Assembly (NCBI GenBank): GCA_963717145.1
Contig: OY970325.1
Coordinates: 4,992,001 to 5,056,000 of the forward strand
Reading direction: 5' to 3'
Length of the DNA stretch: 64,000 nucleotides
DNA from: an uncultured Armatimonadetes bacterium
GTDB lineage: Bacteria > Armatimonadota > UBA5829 > DTJY01
Translations under genes and position numbers: made by a program
The notes under the pieces: generated by a model
Seen by the model: only the letters and a program-made list of their open reading frames with translations
What the model was told of the DNA's origin: nothing
Databases searched by the model: none
Shown here: positions 55,186-64,000 of the stretch, piece by piece
Layout of the letters: each line of letters starts with the position of its first letter
Position numbering within the stretch: the stretch's first letter is position 1

Positions 55186-56142
55186 ATGTCGAGGTTGTTA
55201 GTACTTATCGAATGTGCGGTCTTGACCGTAGGCATCATGGCGACATGCGGTTCAGCCCAGGCGGCGAACTATCACTTCCGCGATACGCTGATCTGCTCTG
55301 ACTGCCACATCTCGCACGCCAGCGCCAGCCACGGGGACGGAGGCGACGCGGCCTCTTACGGCGAGCCTCCGAATGGTAACCTGCTCAAGTCTTCATCATC
55401 CAGCGACGTGTGTCTGCGCTGCCACGATGGACAGGCCGGTGTGCCTGACGTCGTCGCCGGGGATGTGAACAAGCCGTCTGAGCCATATGATGGACAGGAA
55501 CGGGCGGCCGGCGCCTTCGCCGATGGTACCGCGGACAACTGGAAAGGGCACAACCTGCCCGGACAGGGCAGCGTCGGACCAGGCGGTTGTGACTCCTGTC
55601 ACGAGCCTCATGGGAACACCAGTTACCGCAACCTGCGAACTCTCGACGGTTCTGGAGACGAGTTGGTGGCCTTCGTAAACCCCGCCGCGGCCGCGTTGGA
55701 CAAGTACAGCCGTGCGAACGTGGGCTACGGAGGGAATATCGGAGACAAGCTCTGCGGGGGTTGCCACGGTTTTGGCGCGATATCGAATACTCGTTCTTCG
55801 GGCGGACAGCACTTCAATCGGCACCCCAGCACCAGCAGCGAGGCCGTCATCTCCATGGAATCCGGGCGATCCAGTATCGACCCGATCCACTGGGTTTCCG
55901 GAGAGGGCAGCGGTTTCACGGCGGGCGAACTCGTAGTGCCGCGCGTGCCGTTCGCGGTGAGTTCAGCCACCAGTTACTCCGATGCCAGGACGGTGTCCGC
56001 CGCCAACGAGGTGTCCTGCCTGTCATGCCACAAAGCCCACGGCTCAGTGCACGCATTCGGCATGATCTGGCCGTACGGGAGCGGTGACGGAGCGGCCGGC
56101 GGCTCCGGCTGCAACCAATGCCACAACATCTCCCGCGAGTGA
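55186..56142 (+). CDS. Hexaheme cytochrome c, OmcS-like paralog 3
   Basis: YH-x6-CSDCHISH, CLRCH, GHNL, CDSCHEPHG...YRNL, CGGCH, HP, VSCLSCHKAHG, CNQCH. Confidence 0.85.
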   Translation: MSRLLVLIECAVLTVGIMATCGSAQAANYHFRDTLICSDCHISHASASHGDGGDAASYGEPPNGNLLKSSSSSDVCLRCHDGQAGVPDVVAGDVNKPSEPYDGQERAAGAFADGTADNWKGHNLPGQGSVGPGGCDSCHEPHGNTSYRNLRTLDGSGDELVAFVNPAAAALDKYSRANVGYGGNIGDKLCGGCHGFGAISNTRSSGGQHFNRHPSTSSEAVISMESGRSSIDPIHWVSGEGSGFTAGELVVPRVPFAVSSATSYSDARTVSAANEVSCLSCHKAHGSVHAFGMIWPYGSGDGAAGGSGCNQCHNISRE

Positions 56143-56144
56143 CG

Positions 56145-57279
56145 TTACTTCAGAACGCCCACGATTCCCGTAGCGGTCTGCTCTATCCCACTCTGCAGAT
56201 CCTTCGGGCCGCTGAGGAATACGCCAAACCGACCTACAGCCAAATCCAGGTGGTAGTATCCGAAACCGGATAGCTCCGTGTACGCGGGCAGCGTCTCGAA
56301 GACGGTCTGCTGCTGTCCGGCGTGGTAGGTCTGCAGGAACTTCTCCGCAGTCGCCTTAGTGCGATAGTCCACGAGCCGAACGTCGACAAACTTCCCGCCG
56401 TCGTTGAGCTGATACCGCGTGTCTATCGCATCGTGGAAATGCTTCTTGTACGTGACTTCACCCAGTTTCGCGTTGCCGACATCCTTGAGTAGCACCTTCA
56501 GCTCGGCTTCGCCGTAGGTTGCAGTCTCGTCCAGATATCGAGGCGTCCCACCAGTTGCTCCCTGTTGATGCGCAATGGCAGCGACTTGCGACTCCCCTGA
56601 TGTGTCGTTCTTGACCGGAGCCGTTTCGGTGGCTGTGTTATTGGCCGTGTGCGCGGCAGCCGTGCTTCCGCCCAGGCTCACCAGTATATCCGGCGAGGAT
56701 TTCATCATGGATTTCGCCATTGCGGATACGGCCAGCTTGGAGAGCTTGCCGAGCGAGGAGATTCGGCCGATGTCGAAAACCTTGACGCCCTCCGCTCCCG
56801 TCTTGCTTATGGTGGCGGCCCACATAATATCCGCGGTTCGAGCGTTCACCGAGCCGCGCGCTGAACGAGATCGACGGATACGAGTCAGAGCCGACCCGCA
56901 CCTCGCCATATTCCTCGACTACGCCGATGACATACGCATCCACGTTAAGTGCGGGCTGAAGCTTCTGGCACATCTCCTGCGTTATGCCCTCAGTGATCCG
57001 AACGCTCTGTGCCTGCAGGGCCGAGTAGACCACCCCCGGCTCCACAACATCGAAGCCGCCGGTTGAGAGCAGGTACGTGACAACCGTGTTCGTAAGCACG
57101 CGTCCGGCATCCTGATCCTTGCTGACGTTGTCAAAGGGAAGGACGGCTATCCTTACCCGCTGACCCGCGGGCCTGTTGACGAACACCTGAGTCGAAGGGC
57201 CTCCGTCATTGCACCCGGAGACCAGGGCAAGCACCGAGAATGCCATCAGGGCTTTTACGAGTAGAGAGCTTTTCTTCAT
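56145..57279 (-). CDS. CsgG/GNA1162-like lipoprotein, frameshifted near 56855
   Basis: Lipobox LVSGC; RIAVLPFDN...GGFDVVE...VIG.VEEY...SISFSARL then VNARTADIMWAA in the other frame. Confidence 0.75.
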
Positions 57280-57311
57280 GTTGCACCAATCCTCATGTTC
57301 TGGTTGATTCC

Positions 57312-59027
57312 TCAGAGATATCTAGCATAATACAGGGCAAAATGTCTTTGCCAGTCTATCAGTCCGGTATTCCCACTGTGAAAGTCGTAATATAACTCCA
57401 GCGATGAACGATCCAGGAACGAATGCGATAGACGAAGCACGGATCCTCTTCTCCGCTGGCCAACAAACTGCCAGTTGATCCAATCCCACTGCTTGTCCGA
57501 TTGGAAGTTGTAGTTCAGGCTAAGGTTACTCGCGGGATCGATCTGCCACCTCACGCCCAGCGCCGGTGACAGCGTTTCGGATATGCTCGATCCATTGCTA
57601 ACCTGGTAGGAAAGCCTCAGGTTCAGGCTGAGTTGGTAGTTGGGCATCCACAGAGCGTCGACGTCCACCGCATCCGTGGTCTGTGATACGGGACTGGCGT
57701 CCGCACTGAATGAATCGGTCTGCGAGCGACGATAGGAGGCGCCCATCGACATCCCGCCGGCGGTCCTGGTCCTGAAGGAGATGCCCGCAAAGCTCCCACT
57801 GAACCCCCCGTCCGACCCAATCGTGGACTTGTTTCGTCCATAGTCGAGGCTGATATCCGCGGCACGGCTGAGTGCGCTCTGGAGTGAAACCTGGAGCGAA
57901 TTCTGCGAAGAGCCGGAACTCAGCGCACCGGCGTAATCCGATCTGGACAGCGATGCGTTCAGGACGCTCTGGTCGCTCAACCGAGCGGACACCCCCAGGT
58001 TGCGATTGTTGGAGTCGAAGGAGATGACGCGGCCCAGAGCGTCGGTGATCGACGTCTCCTGTCGCCGATCGGTGTAATCGGCGCTGAGACCCGGCAATAC
58101 CTGTGCTCTCACATTGAGGGAAAGCGCATTATCGCCGGAATTGCTGTTCACTGCGGCTGCTCCCTGGTGGCTGGATTGGTCAGAATACTCCAGGCTCGCA
58201 GCGATCGCCCTGGTGGGGGTCGCCTGGAGTCGGAGGACCTGGCGCTTCGTATCCATTCTGGAGTTGCCCTCGGCGCGCTCATTGTCCGTCGCGTAGTTGC
58301 TCAGTTCGCCAAAGAGGGTGAGTCCCTGCAGCAGAGTCTGATTCAGGAAGACCGACGATCTCCGAGTCATCTGCGTATTCCCGGAGGATCCGCTGTACGC
58401 CGATGTCTGCCTTGACTGGTCGAAGGTGAATCGGAGCGGCATCAGGTCGTAGTAGGAACCGAGCAGCCAGGTGTTCGAGGCGTAGCTGGACGCCGAATCC
58501 CCGAAGGAGCTGCCGGACACATTTCGCGAGTACTGCAGGTTCAGGACGGGATATGCCGGTTGCGAGATAAGCATGCTGAGGTTATAGTTGGACGAATTTC
58601 CGATCGACGTGCCGCCCTGGCCGAGTGTTTCGCTCTGATAGTCGTTGCGGTTCACTCTGCCCATCAGGGTGTAGCTGGGTTGGCGGTAATACAGGTTGAT
58701 CCCCAGGCTTCTGTTGTCCTGACTGCCGAACTGGTCGTTCGTGGAGGATGTACCGAGCGTTACATCGCTTATCAGGGCGGAGAAGGGCATAACAGGCCCG
58801 CGCATGGCAAGGCTGTAGTTCGTCGAAAGATGACCGTCACCATTCGGCGATTCCCCCGCTTTCTTGTTCTCGAAGAAGTCGTATCGCATCTGTACCTGCA
58901 GACCCAGAGTTTGCGCACCCGTGCATTCATGTGACTGCGCGAGTAAGACCAGTGCAATCAAGAGCGTCAACAGTATCATCGGTGCGCCGTAACCGCCAAT
59001 GTTCGCGGTATTCGCGTATTCTGACAT
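57312..59027 (-). CDS. Putative outer-membrane beta-barrel protein (start uncertain)
   Basis: Signal-like N-terminus; Ser/Asn/Tyr-rich alternating beta-strands throughout; ends FALYYARYL. Confidence 0.65.
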   Translation of the reverse strand: MSEYANTANIGGYGAPMILLTLLIALVLLAQSHECTGAQTLGLQVQMRYDFFENKKAGESPNGDGHLSTNYSLAMRGPVMPFSALISDVTLGTSSTNDQFGSQDNRSLGINLYYRQPSYTLMGRVNRNDYQSETLGQGGTSIGNSSNYNLSMLISQPAYPVLNLQYSRNVSGSSFGDSASSYASNTWLLGSYYDLMPLRFTFDQSRQTSAYSGSSGNTQMTRRSSVFLNQTLLQGLTLFGELSNYATDNERAEGNSRMDTKRQVLRLQATPTRAIAASLEYSDQSSHQGAAAVNSNSGDNALSLNVRAQVLPGLSADYTDRRQETSITDALGRVISFDSNNRNLGVSARLSDQSVLNASLSRSDYAGALSSGSSQNSLQVSLQSALSRAADISLDYGRNKSTIGSDGGFSGSFAGISFRTRTAGGMSMGASYRRSQTDSFSADASPVSQTTDAVDVDALWMPNYQLSLNLRLSYQVSNGSSISETLSPALGVRWQIDPASNLSLNYNFQSDKQWDWINWQFVGQRRRGSVLRLSHSFLDRSSLELYYDFHSGNTGLIDWQRHFALYYARYL

Positions 59028-59041
59028 ATCGATTATCAGTC

Positions 59042-60505
59042 TCAGTGACATCCCGAGGTGGTAGCGCAACTGTTCTCGGAGTACGCTCCACCGTTGGCAT
59101 GAGTGTAGGACGTGATTCCCTGTCCTCCCGCCAGATAATAAGGCGGACCGTCACTCACGTATACAATGAGGTGTCTCCGTTTGAACCCATGCGGCACGGC
59201 GGAGTGACACTGGAAACACCCGGCCCGCGCATGCTCTGACTTGCGATGGAGATTGTCACTCCCTTTGCGGAAATTCGTCCGGTTCGCGTCGCCTCCGCCC
59301 TGCCCATACGTGCTCCAGTCATGGCAGACGAAGCACAGATCGGACTGGGTGCCGGTCCTCCCGGTGTTATCGGAAGCGCCCGCCACCGCCTTGAAGCGCC
59401 TCTTGAGCGAGTAGTTGAATTGCGATCCATGAGGGCCCTGTGCGCTTCCGGGACTCGAGTCACTCGCGTGACAGTCGGTGCAGGCCATTGCGGAGTTCGG
59501 CCCCCACGGGCTGACATAAGCAGGCGGATTCGCTGACCCGAACACGACATCATCGGTAGGGACAGATGAAGCCGTTTGACCCGTAACATTGTGATAGGCC
59601 GGATTGCCGGGGCTGAACTCCAGCCCCTGGTCCGTTTCGCGTGTCCCGTCAGTCGTGTAGGGCGCAACACTCCCCCATGACCAGGAGGAGTGGCACTTGA
59701 GACAGAGATAGTACTCGTGCTCCGTCGCCGTGGACTGGAACTGCTCGACCGCATAACTGGTCGGCGCCGTCCATGGAGCAGTTGAGAAGGTCGGTCTGAC
59801 ACCCCAGGAGCCCAGAAGCATCTCGCCGATATTCGAAGACTGGGGCGCTCGCAGGCCCGACTTGGCGAAGTGCGTGTTATGGCAGTCCACGCATTCCACA
59901 TGACGGTTCGATCCGCTGAGAAGCGGGTTCGGATTCACGGCGACCGATGCACCCTCCGCGGTACTATCGTGCTTGCCGCGCTGATTGGCGACTCGATGGG
60001 AATAAGCTCTGTTCATCTGCGTCTGAATGTCGATGGCGCCCGTCGGCCTGAAACCCGTTCCATGGCACGTGAAACATGTCTCCTCTTCGGTCCGGCCGGT
60101 CATGTGGGGATATGCGCCTGTGAGATCGCCCGAGCCGTGCGGATTGTGGCACTGCGTACAAGAGCCGACGGGCTTGCTGTTCATGCTGGAAGCCGAAGCC
60201 GAGTGGCCGCTCATGTTATATTGCGTCTGCCCGTAGTATGAGCGCAGACTCCCCGTGTGGCAGGTGTAGCAGAGATCGTTGTTGTTCGCTGTCCACAGCC
60301 CGAAATCCTGGTTGGCCGTTCCATGGCCCACGTGACATTGGGCGCAACTGCCCTTCGGAAGAGACGTATCGCGCTGCACGCCGGATATGGCGCTTCCATG
60401 AGGCGTGCGAGTGTAGTATCCGCCATCTGCTTCGGCGCGCAGAGTCAGGCCGACGAGGATGAGAGGCATGATCGCTGCCCATGCTATCCGGAGATATGCG
60501 CTCAA
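59042..60505 (-). CDS. Multiheme cytochrome c (9 CxxCH plus a terminal CX5CH); start uncertain
   Basis: CAQCH, CYTCH, CTQCH, CFTCH, CVDCH, CLKCH, CTDCH, CFVCH, CFQCH, CATTSGCH. Confidence 0.88.
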   Translation of the reverse strand: MSAYLRIAWAAIMPLILVGLTLRAEADGGYYTRTPHGSAISGVQRDTSLPKGSCAQCHVGHGTANQDFGLWTANNNDLCYTCHTGSLRSYYGQTQYNMSGHSASASSMNSKPVGSCTQCHNPHGSGDLTGAYPHMTGRTEEETCFTCHGTGFRPTGAIDIQTQMNRAYSHRVANQRGKHDSTAEGASVAVNPNPLLSGSNRHVECVDCHNTHFAKSGLRAPQSSNIGEMLLGSWGVRPTFSTAPWTAPTSYAVEQFQSTATEHEYYLCLKCHSSWSWGSVAPYTTDGTRETDQGLEFSPGNPAYHNVTGQTASSVPTDDVVFGSANPPAYVSPWGPNSAMACTDCHASDSSPGSAQGPHGSQFNYSLKRRFKAVAGASDNTGRTGTQSDLCFVCHDWSTYGQGGGDANRTNFRKGSDNLHRKSEHARAGCFQCHSAVPHGFKRRHLIVYVSDGPPYYLAGGQGITSYTHANGGAYSENSCATTSGCH

Positions 60506-60519
60506 ATGACTATCGCATC

Positions 60520-61542
60520 CTACTTGAAGTGGCATTGCTGGCACCCCGAGATCGTGTCCGCCCCGCTTTCGATGTAAGGCCAGACCATACCATACTTGTA
60601 CTTACTCCCGTGAGCCTTGTGGCACGAAAGGCAAGTCACGGTGTCTCCGACGCCGCCGGTCGTGTTGCTTCCCAGTTGGCTGCCGTACCTGAGTCTCGGC
60701 ACGCCCAGGGCCGAGTCGCCGATATCACCGCCGAAGCCCGTGTAGTCGCCGGGCGTTCCCAATTGCCAGTTCGTGGCGTCTGCGTGGGGGTATGCTCCGC
60801 CGATCTCGACGTTGCTCGGGTGACCCTTGAAGTGGGCAGGGGCGCTCCCCGCAGAATTCTCTGACAGCGCATCGTGACAGTCCGCGCACCAGGAGCTGAT
60901 GTTGTTCTGTGCGTAGAATGCCACGTTTGACGCGTTATAGGCTACAGACGGATTCGGATTCACGATATCAACAGGCGTGGTTTCCTTGATCTGCGTGCCG
61001 ATGAGAATGTCCCACGAGCCCGGATGCCTGGGATTCGGATCCGATATGAGATTCCGGTAGTTCGGGGCGCCGTGAGTATCATGGCAGTCCGAGCAGAGCA
61101 GCCCGCCGGCTTTCGTGTAGGTGCTCGACAGTGGAGCCGTGACTGAGACGGTGGGGCTCACGTCGTGGCCATAGGGATTCGCCGCACCGATAAAGTCGCC
61201 CTGAAAGAAGCCGGCGCTGGATCCGTACTTGCTGTCGTAGGAGTTCGAAACGACATTCGTCGGGCTCGCGGATGTACCGGTCGAGACGATGTCGGGCGCT
61301 CGGGAATCCGTGCCATTGTGACAACTCATACAGAGCCCTATCTGGCCCATGGAGTTCTTCAGCAGATGCTCGGTCGGCGTCAATACCTCGCCCTGGCTGC
61401 TGGCGTGCTGGGTGTGGCAGTCCGAGCAGATGCTCTCGGTGACGTGATGATACTCCCCCGACATTGTGTTCCGAGGAAGAAGCAGGCATACGCCTGCGAC
61501 TGCGACTATGGCGGCTATCAGCCTCTTGGTCTGGAAACGCAT
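60520..61542 (-). CDS. Hexaheme cytochrome c, OmcS-like paralog 4
   Basis: YH-x6-CSDCHTQH, CMSCH, AG.F...GH, CSDCHDTHG...YRNL, SSWCADCH, HP, VTCLSCHKAHGS, CQQCH. Confidence 0.85.
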   Translation of the reverse strand: MRFQTKRLIAAIVAVAGVCLLLPRNTMSGEYHHVTESICSDCHTQHASSQGEVLTPTEHLLKNSMGQIGLCMSCHNGTDSRAPDIVSTGTSASPTNVVSNSYDSKYGSSAGFFQGDFIGAANPYGHDVSPTVSVTAPLSSTYTKAGGLLCSDCHDTHGAPNYRNLISDPNPRHPGSWDILIGTQIKETTPVDIVNPNPSVAYNASNVAFYAQNNISSWCADCHDALSENSAGSAPAHFKGHPSNVEIGGAYPHADATNWQLGTPGDYTGFGGDIGDSALGVPRLRYGSQLGSNTTGGVGDTVTCLSCHKAHGSKYKYGMVWPYIESGADTISGCQQCHFK

Positions 61543-61570
61543 AAACTGACCCTGCTTCACGCGCACACTC

Positions 61571-61649
61571 TGTCATTCTGAGCGAAGTGAAGAATCCGGC
61601 TGATCGAGCAAGGCGACTCGCTGGATTCTTCACTTCGCTCAGAATGACA
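61571..61649. repeat. REP/REPIN-like palindrome, family A copy 2
   Basis: TGTCATTCTGAGCGAAGTGAAGAATCC...GGATTCTTCACTTCGCTCAGAATGACA. Confidence 0.85.
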
Positions 61650-61662
61650 CGTATAATCCGGG

Positions 61663-62649
61663 TTAGAGCCCGGCCGGTCTGAACGGTTCGAAGGGCCGGG
61701 CAAGAGCGAAAACCTGCATCCTGCGGGATCCTGACTCCAGGACGATCACGTGCCCGAAGCTGTCTATATCAGCATCGACAGGGTAGAAGAGCATGCCTTC
61801 GCCCAAGCCGTAGTTGCCGAATCTCCGAAGGAACATGCCGGTCCTGTCAAATACCTTCAGCCCGTGCTGCGCCCTGTCCACAATCCAAATCTGGTCATTC
61901 CGATCCAGGAACATTGCGGTCGGAAACGCCAGATCCTGCTCAGCCTCGCCGTGCAGGCCGAACCGGTACAGGTACTTTCCGTTCCGGTCGAACACCTGGA
62001 TCGGAGGCCCAATGGAATCGAGCACGTATATTCGGCCCTGGCGGTCTACGGCCACATCCTGGAGCATCTTGAACTTATACTGGTCCGACTCGAGAGCCGC
62101 AATGCGGAATCTGATCTTTCTCTGTTTGTCAAACACGCATATCTCGTTGTTGGCCCTATCCACAACATACAGGTTGCCATCCCGGTCGAAGGTCATTCTC
62201 CCGGGCTTGGGCTGCTCATTGCCCTCAACGGCAGGGAGTTCGAGAGTGGTCAGCTCTTCCTTCGCGCCGATGATCTTTATCGGCCCACCCTCGTTCTCGG
62301 CGACGTACACGTCGCCTTTGGAGTCAACTGCCACCGCCAGGGGGGACTTCAGGCCTTGCTTCGGCCCGTATCGGAATCTCGGTATGCCCTGCCGGCTGAA
62401 CGCGTCCAGCGTTCCCGTCTTGACGTCTGACACGTATATCAGCCCTGATCGCTCATTCAGGGCCAGCGAAGCGGGGTCGCCAAACCAGCTCTTGCCATCA
62501 TAGCCATTGACCGCGTAACGGAATGTGAAGTCCTGTTCCGCCTGGTCAAAGACGGCAGCGCGCGAGATGCCGTCTGTGAATGCACAACAGAACAAAACGA
62601 CGACTGCGAGAAGCACTTTCAGAGCCACAACCAACCTGGCTAACCTCAT
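61663..62649 (-). CDS. NHL-repeat beta-propeller protein
   Basis: PLAVAVDSKGDVYVAE, QDVAVDRQGRIYVLD, FG..G.GEG...YP. Confidence 0.9.
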   Translation of the reverse strand: MRLARLVVALKVLLAVVVLFCCAFTDGISRAAVFDQAEQDFTFRYAVNGYDGKSWFGDPASLALNERSGLIYVSDVKTGTLDAFSRQGIPRFRYGPKQGLKSPLAVAVDSKGDVYVAENEGGPIKIIGAKEELTTLELPAVEGNEQPKPGRMTFDRDGNLYVVDRANNEICVFDKQRKIRFRIAALESDQYKFKMLQDVAVDRQGRIYVLDSIGPPIQVFDRNGKYLYRFGLHGEAEQDLAFPTAMFLDRNDQIWIVDRAQHGLKVFDRTGMFLRRFGNYGLGEGMLFYPVDADIDSFGHVIVLESGSRRMQVFALARPFEPFRPAGL

Positions 62650-62744
62650 TCCGCGCCATCCCCGCTGAGAGCAGATGATCGGAATCCGTGCGTCCTTAGC
62701 TCCCGTAAAGCGAAGGGGACTTCAGGCGCAACTGATTCTGTGAT

Positions 62745-62913
62745 ATTATACACGATTTCCCTCGATTTGTCCAGTCTGAGCGCATTGTGAACGAATTCAC
62801 GAGCCGGGACGGCAGAGGTCAATCGGAACGGGGCAAAAAGCCCGGAATCGCGGGGCGCGCCGTTCGCCAAAAAAAATTTAACCGTACACTAACGTTCGAG
62901 AAGGAATTCACAA
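62745..62913. promoter_or_regulatory. Divergent promoter region with Rex-like boxes
   Basis: Minus strand TGGACA(62773-62768)-17 bp-TATAAT(62750-62745); TTGTGAACGAATTCACGA (62785-62802); TCGAGAAGGAATTCACAA (62896-62913). Confidence 0.7.
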
Positions 62914-62966
62914 AGTCACGTGTCGAATCAATGAAACGACGCGAACTCGGTATCAGGGAGGGCTCT

Positions 62967-64000
62967 ATGAGTGCAGTTCTCACAACCTGCGGGTTCTGTA
63001 GCTGCGGATGCGGGGCGTATGTGCAGCAGAGGAATGGTCGTGTCGTCGCCCTATGTCCGAGCACCGGCCACCCCGTTGCGAACGGAAAGCTTTGCACACG
63101 GGGATGGAACGGGATTCCTGCCGTCCTCGGCAGACAAAGGTTGCGCTCGCCGCTCATCAGGAAGGGCGATGCGCTCCAGCCGGCTTCCTGGGATGAGGCA
63201 ATCTCATTCACCGTGTCCTCCCTCCAGCGTTTCTTCCCTGAAACCATCGGCGTCATCGGATCCGCAAAGACCACCAACGAGGAGTGTTACTCGCTCGTCA
63301 AGTTTGCCAGAAGCGTCCTGCACACCCCCAACGTCGACGGCCCGTGTCGGTTCTCCGACGCATCGGTCGTCTCAGGCCTCATGGGTACGGTCGGGACCCC
63401 GGCGGCGCAGGTCACGCTGAACGAGATTCCGACCGCCGGCTCAATGCTCATCGTCGGCGGAAATGCCTTCGAGCAGTTGGCCCACGTCGGCTCGAGGATC
63501 GAGACCGCGAGGGACAACGGCTGCCACATCGTGGTCGCCGATCCTCGGACCACACGTCTGGCGCCGTTCGCCGAGGTGTTCCTCCATCCGCAGGCCGGGA
63601 CCGATCTCGTCTGGGTCCGCGCGCTCCTAAAGACGATAGTTGACCAGGGGCTGCACACGGAGAGCGCTCCAGGCCTCCCGGGCTTCGAGGAACTCAGGGT
63701 GTCGTTGAACGGCTTGTCGGTGGACGACGTGAGCGGGGCCTGCGTGTTGGATGGCGAGAGTCTTAGAGAGGTAGCCCAACTCCTTGCGAGCAATCCGCGA
63801 CCGATCGTCATGTTCGGGCTCGGAGTCCTTCAGCAGGCACAATCGACGCAGATCGTCAGCGCCCTTGCGGACATTGCCATCCTTCTGGGCGGCGCGGTCT
63901 TCCCGCTCAGAGGGCAGAACAACGCTCAGGGCGCCTGCGACATGGGCCTGACCTTCGATCTTCTGCCCGGCTACCGCAGCATGAGCGATCCTGATGCCAG
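62967..64000 (+). CDS. Partial FdhF-like molybdopterin oxidoreductase (runs off the window; not in the ORF track)
   Basis: SD GGGAGG; MSAVLTTCGFCSCGCG...GKLCTRGW...RLRSPLIR...SWDEA...GSAKTTNEE...NVD...PQAGTDL...PLRGQNNAQGACDMG. Confidence 0.85.
   Translation, partial: MSAVLTTCGFCSCGCGAYVQQRNGRVVALCPSTGHPVANGKLCTRGWNGIPAVLGRQRLRSPLIRKGDALQPASWDEAISFTVSSLQRFFPETIGVIGSAKTTNEECYSLVKFARSVLHTPNVDGPCRFSDASVVSGLMGTVGTPAAQVTLNEIPTAGSMLIVGGNAFEQLAHVGSRIETARDNGCHIVVADPRTTRLAPFAEVFLHPQAGTDLVWVRALLKTIVDQGLHTESAPGLPGFEELRVSLNGLSVDDVSGACVLDGESLREVAQLLASNPRPIVMFGLGVLQQAQSTQIVSALADIAILLGGAVFPLRGQNNAQGACDMGLTFDLLPGYRSMSDPDA

Noticed and set aside
62967-64000. Selenocysteine-containing formate dehydrogenase
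   Set aside because: The ligand codon is TCC (Ser), not TGA

Overview
GC-rich bacterial genomic window. The C-terminal 'GLNNIGLLV..TG/F.VDDGS' domains on the secreted proteins suggest Armatimonadota; this is an inference from recalled family patterns, not a search result. Left to right: (1) a partial esterase, an ankyrin protein, and a ~100-nt tmRNA-like 3' fragment; (2) several secreted glycoside-hydrolase-like proteins and three large modular cell-envelope hydrolases (two amidases, one C39-like peptidase); (3) a CsoR/CstR-type repressor with its operator driving TolC-DUF2892-RND efflux genes; (4) an IS with a DDE transposase whose end coincides with a consensus -35 box; (5) a sulfate assimilation and protein-thiocarboxylate (ThiS/MoeB/JAMM/sulfite reductase-TusA/MetY) homocysteine operon ending in a double-cubane-like reductase; (6) the standout, a ~17.6-kb extracellular-electron-transfer-like locus with ResB, a TolB-like propeller, 4-, 16- and 9-heme cytochromes, four hexaheme cytochromes with OmcS-like motif order, two NHL propellers, a beta-barrel and a CsgG-like lipoprotein, with 18-bp Rex-like operators at its promoters; (7) the 5' part of an FdhF-like molybdo-oxidoreductase with Ser-Asp in place of Cys/Sec-His. 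Several genes carry frameshifts, probably sequencing indels.
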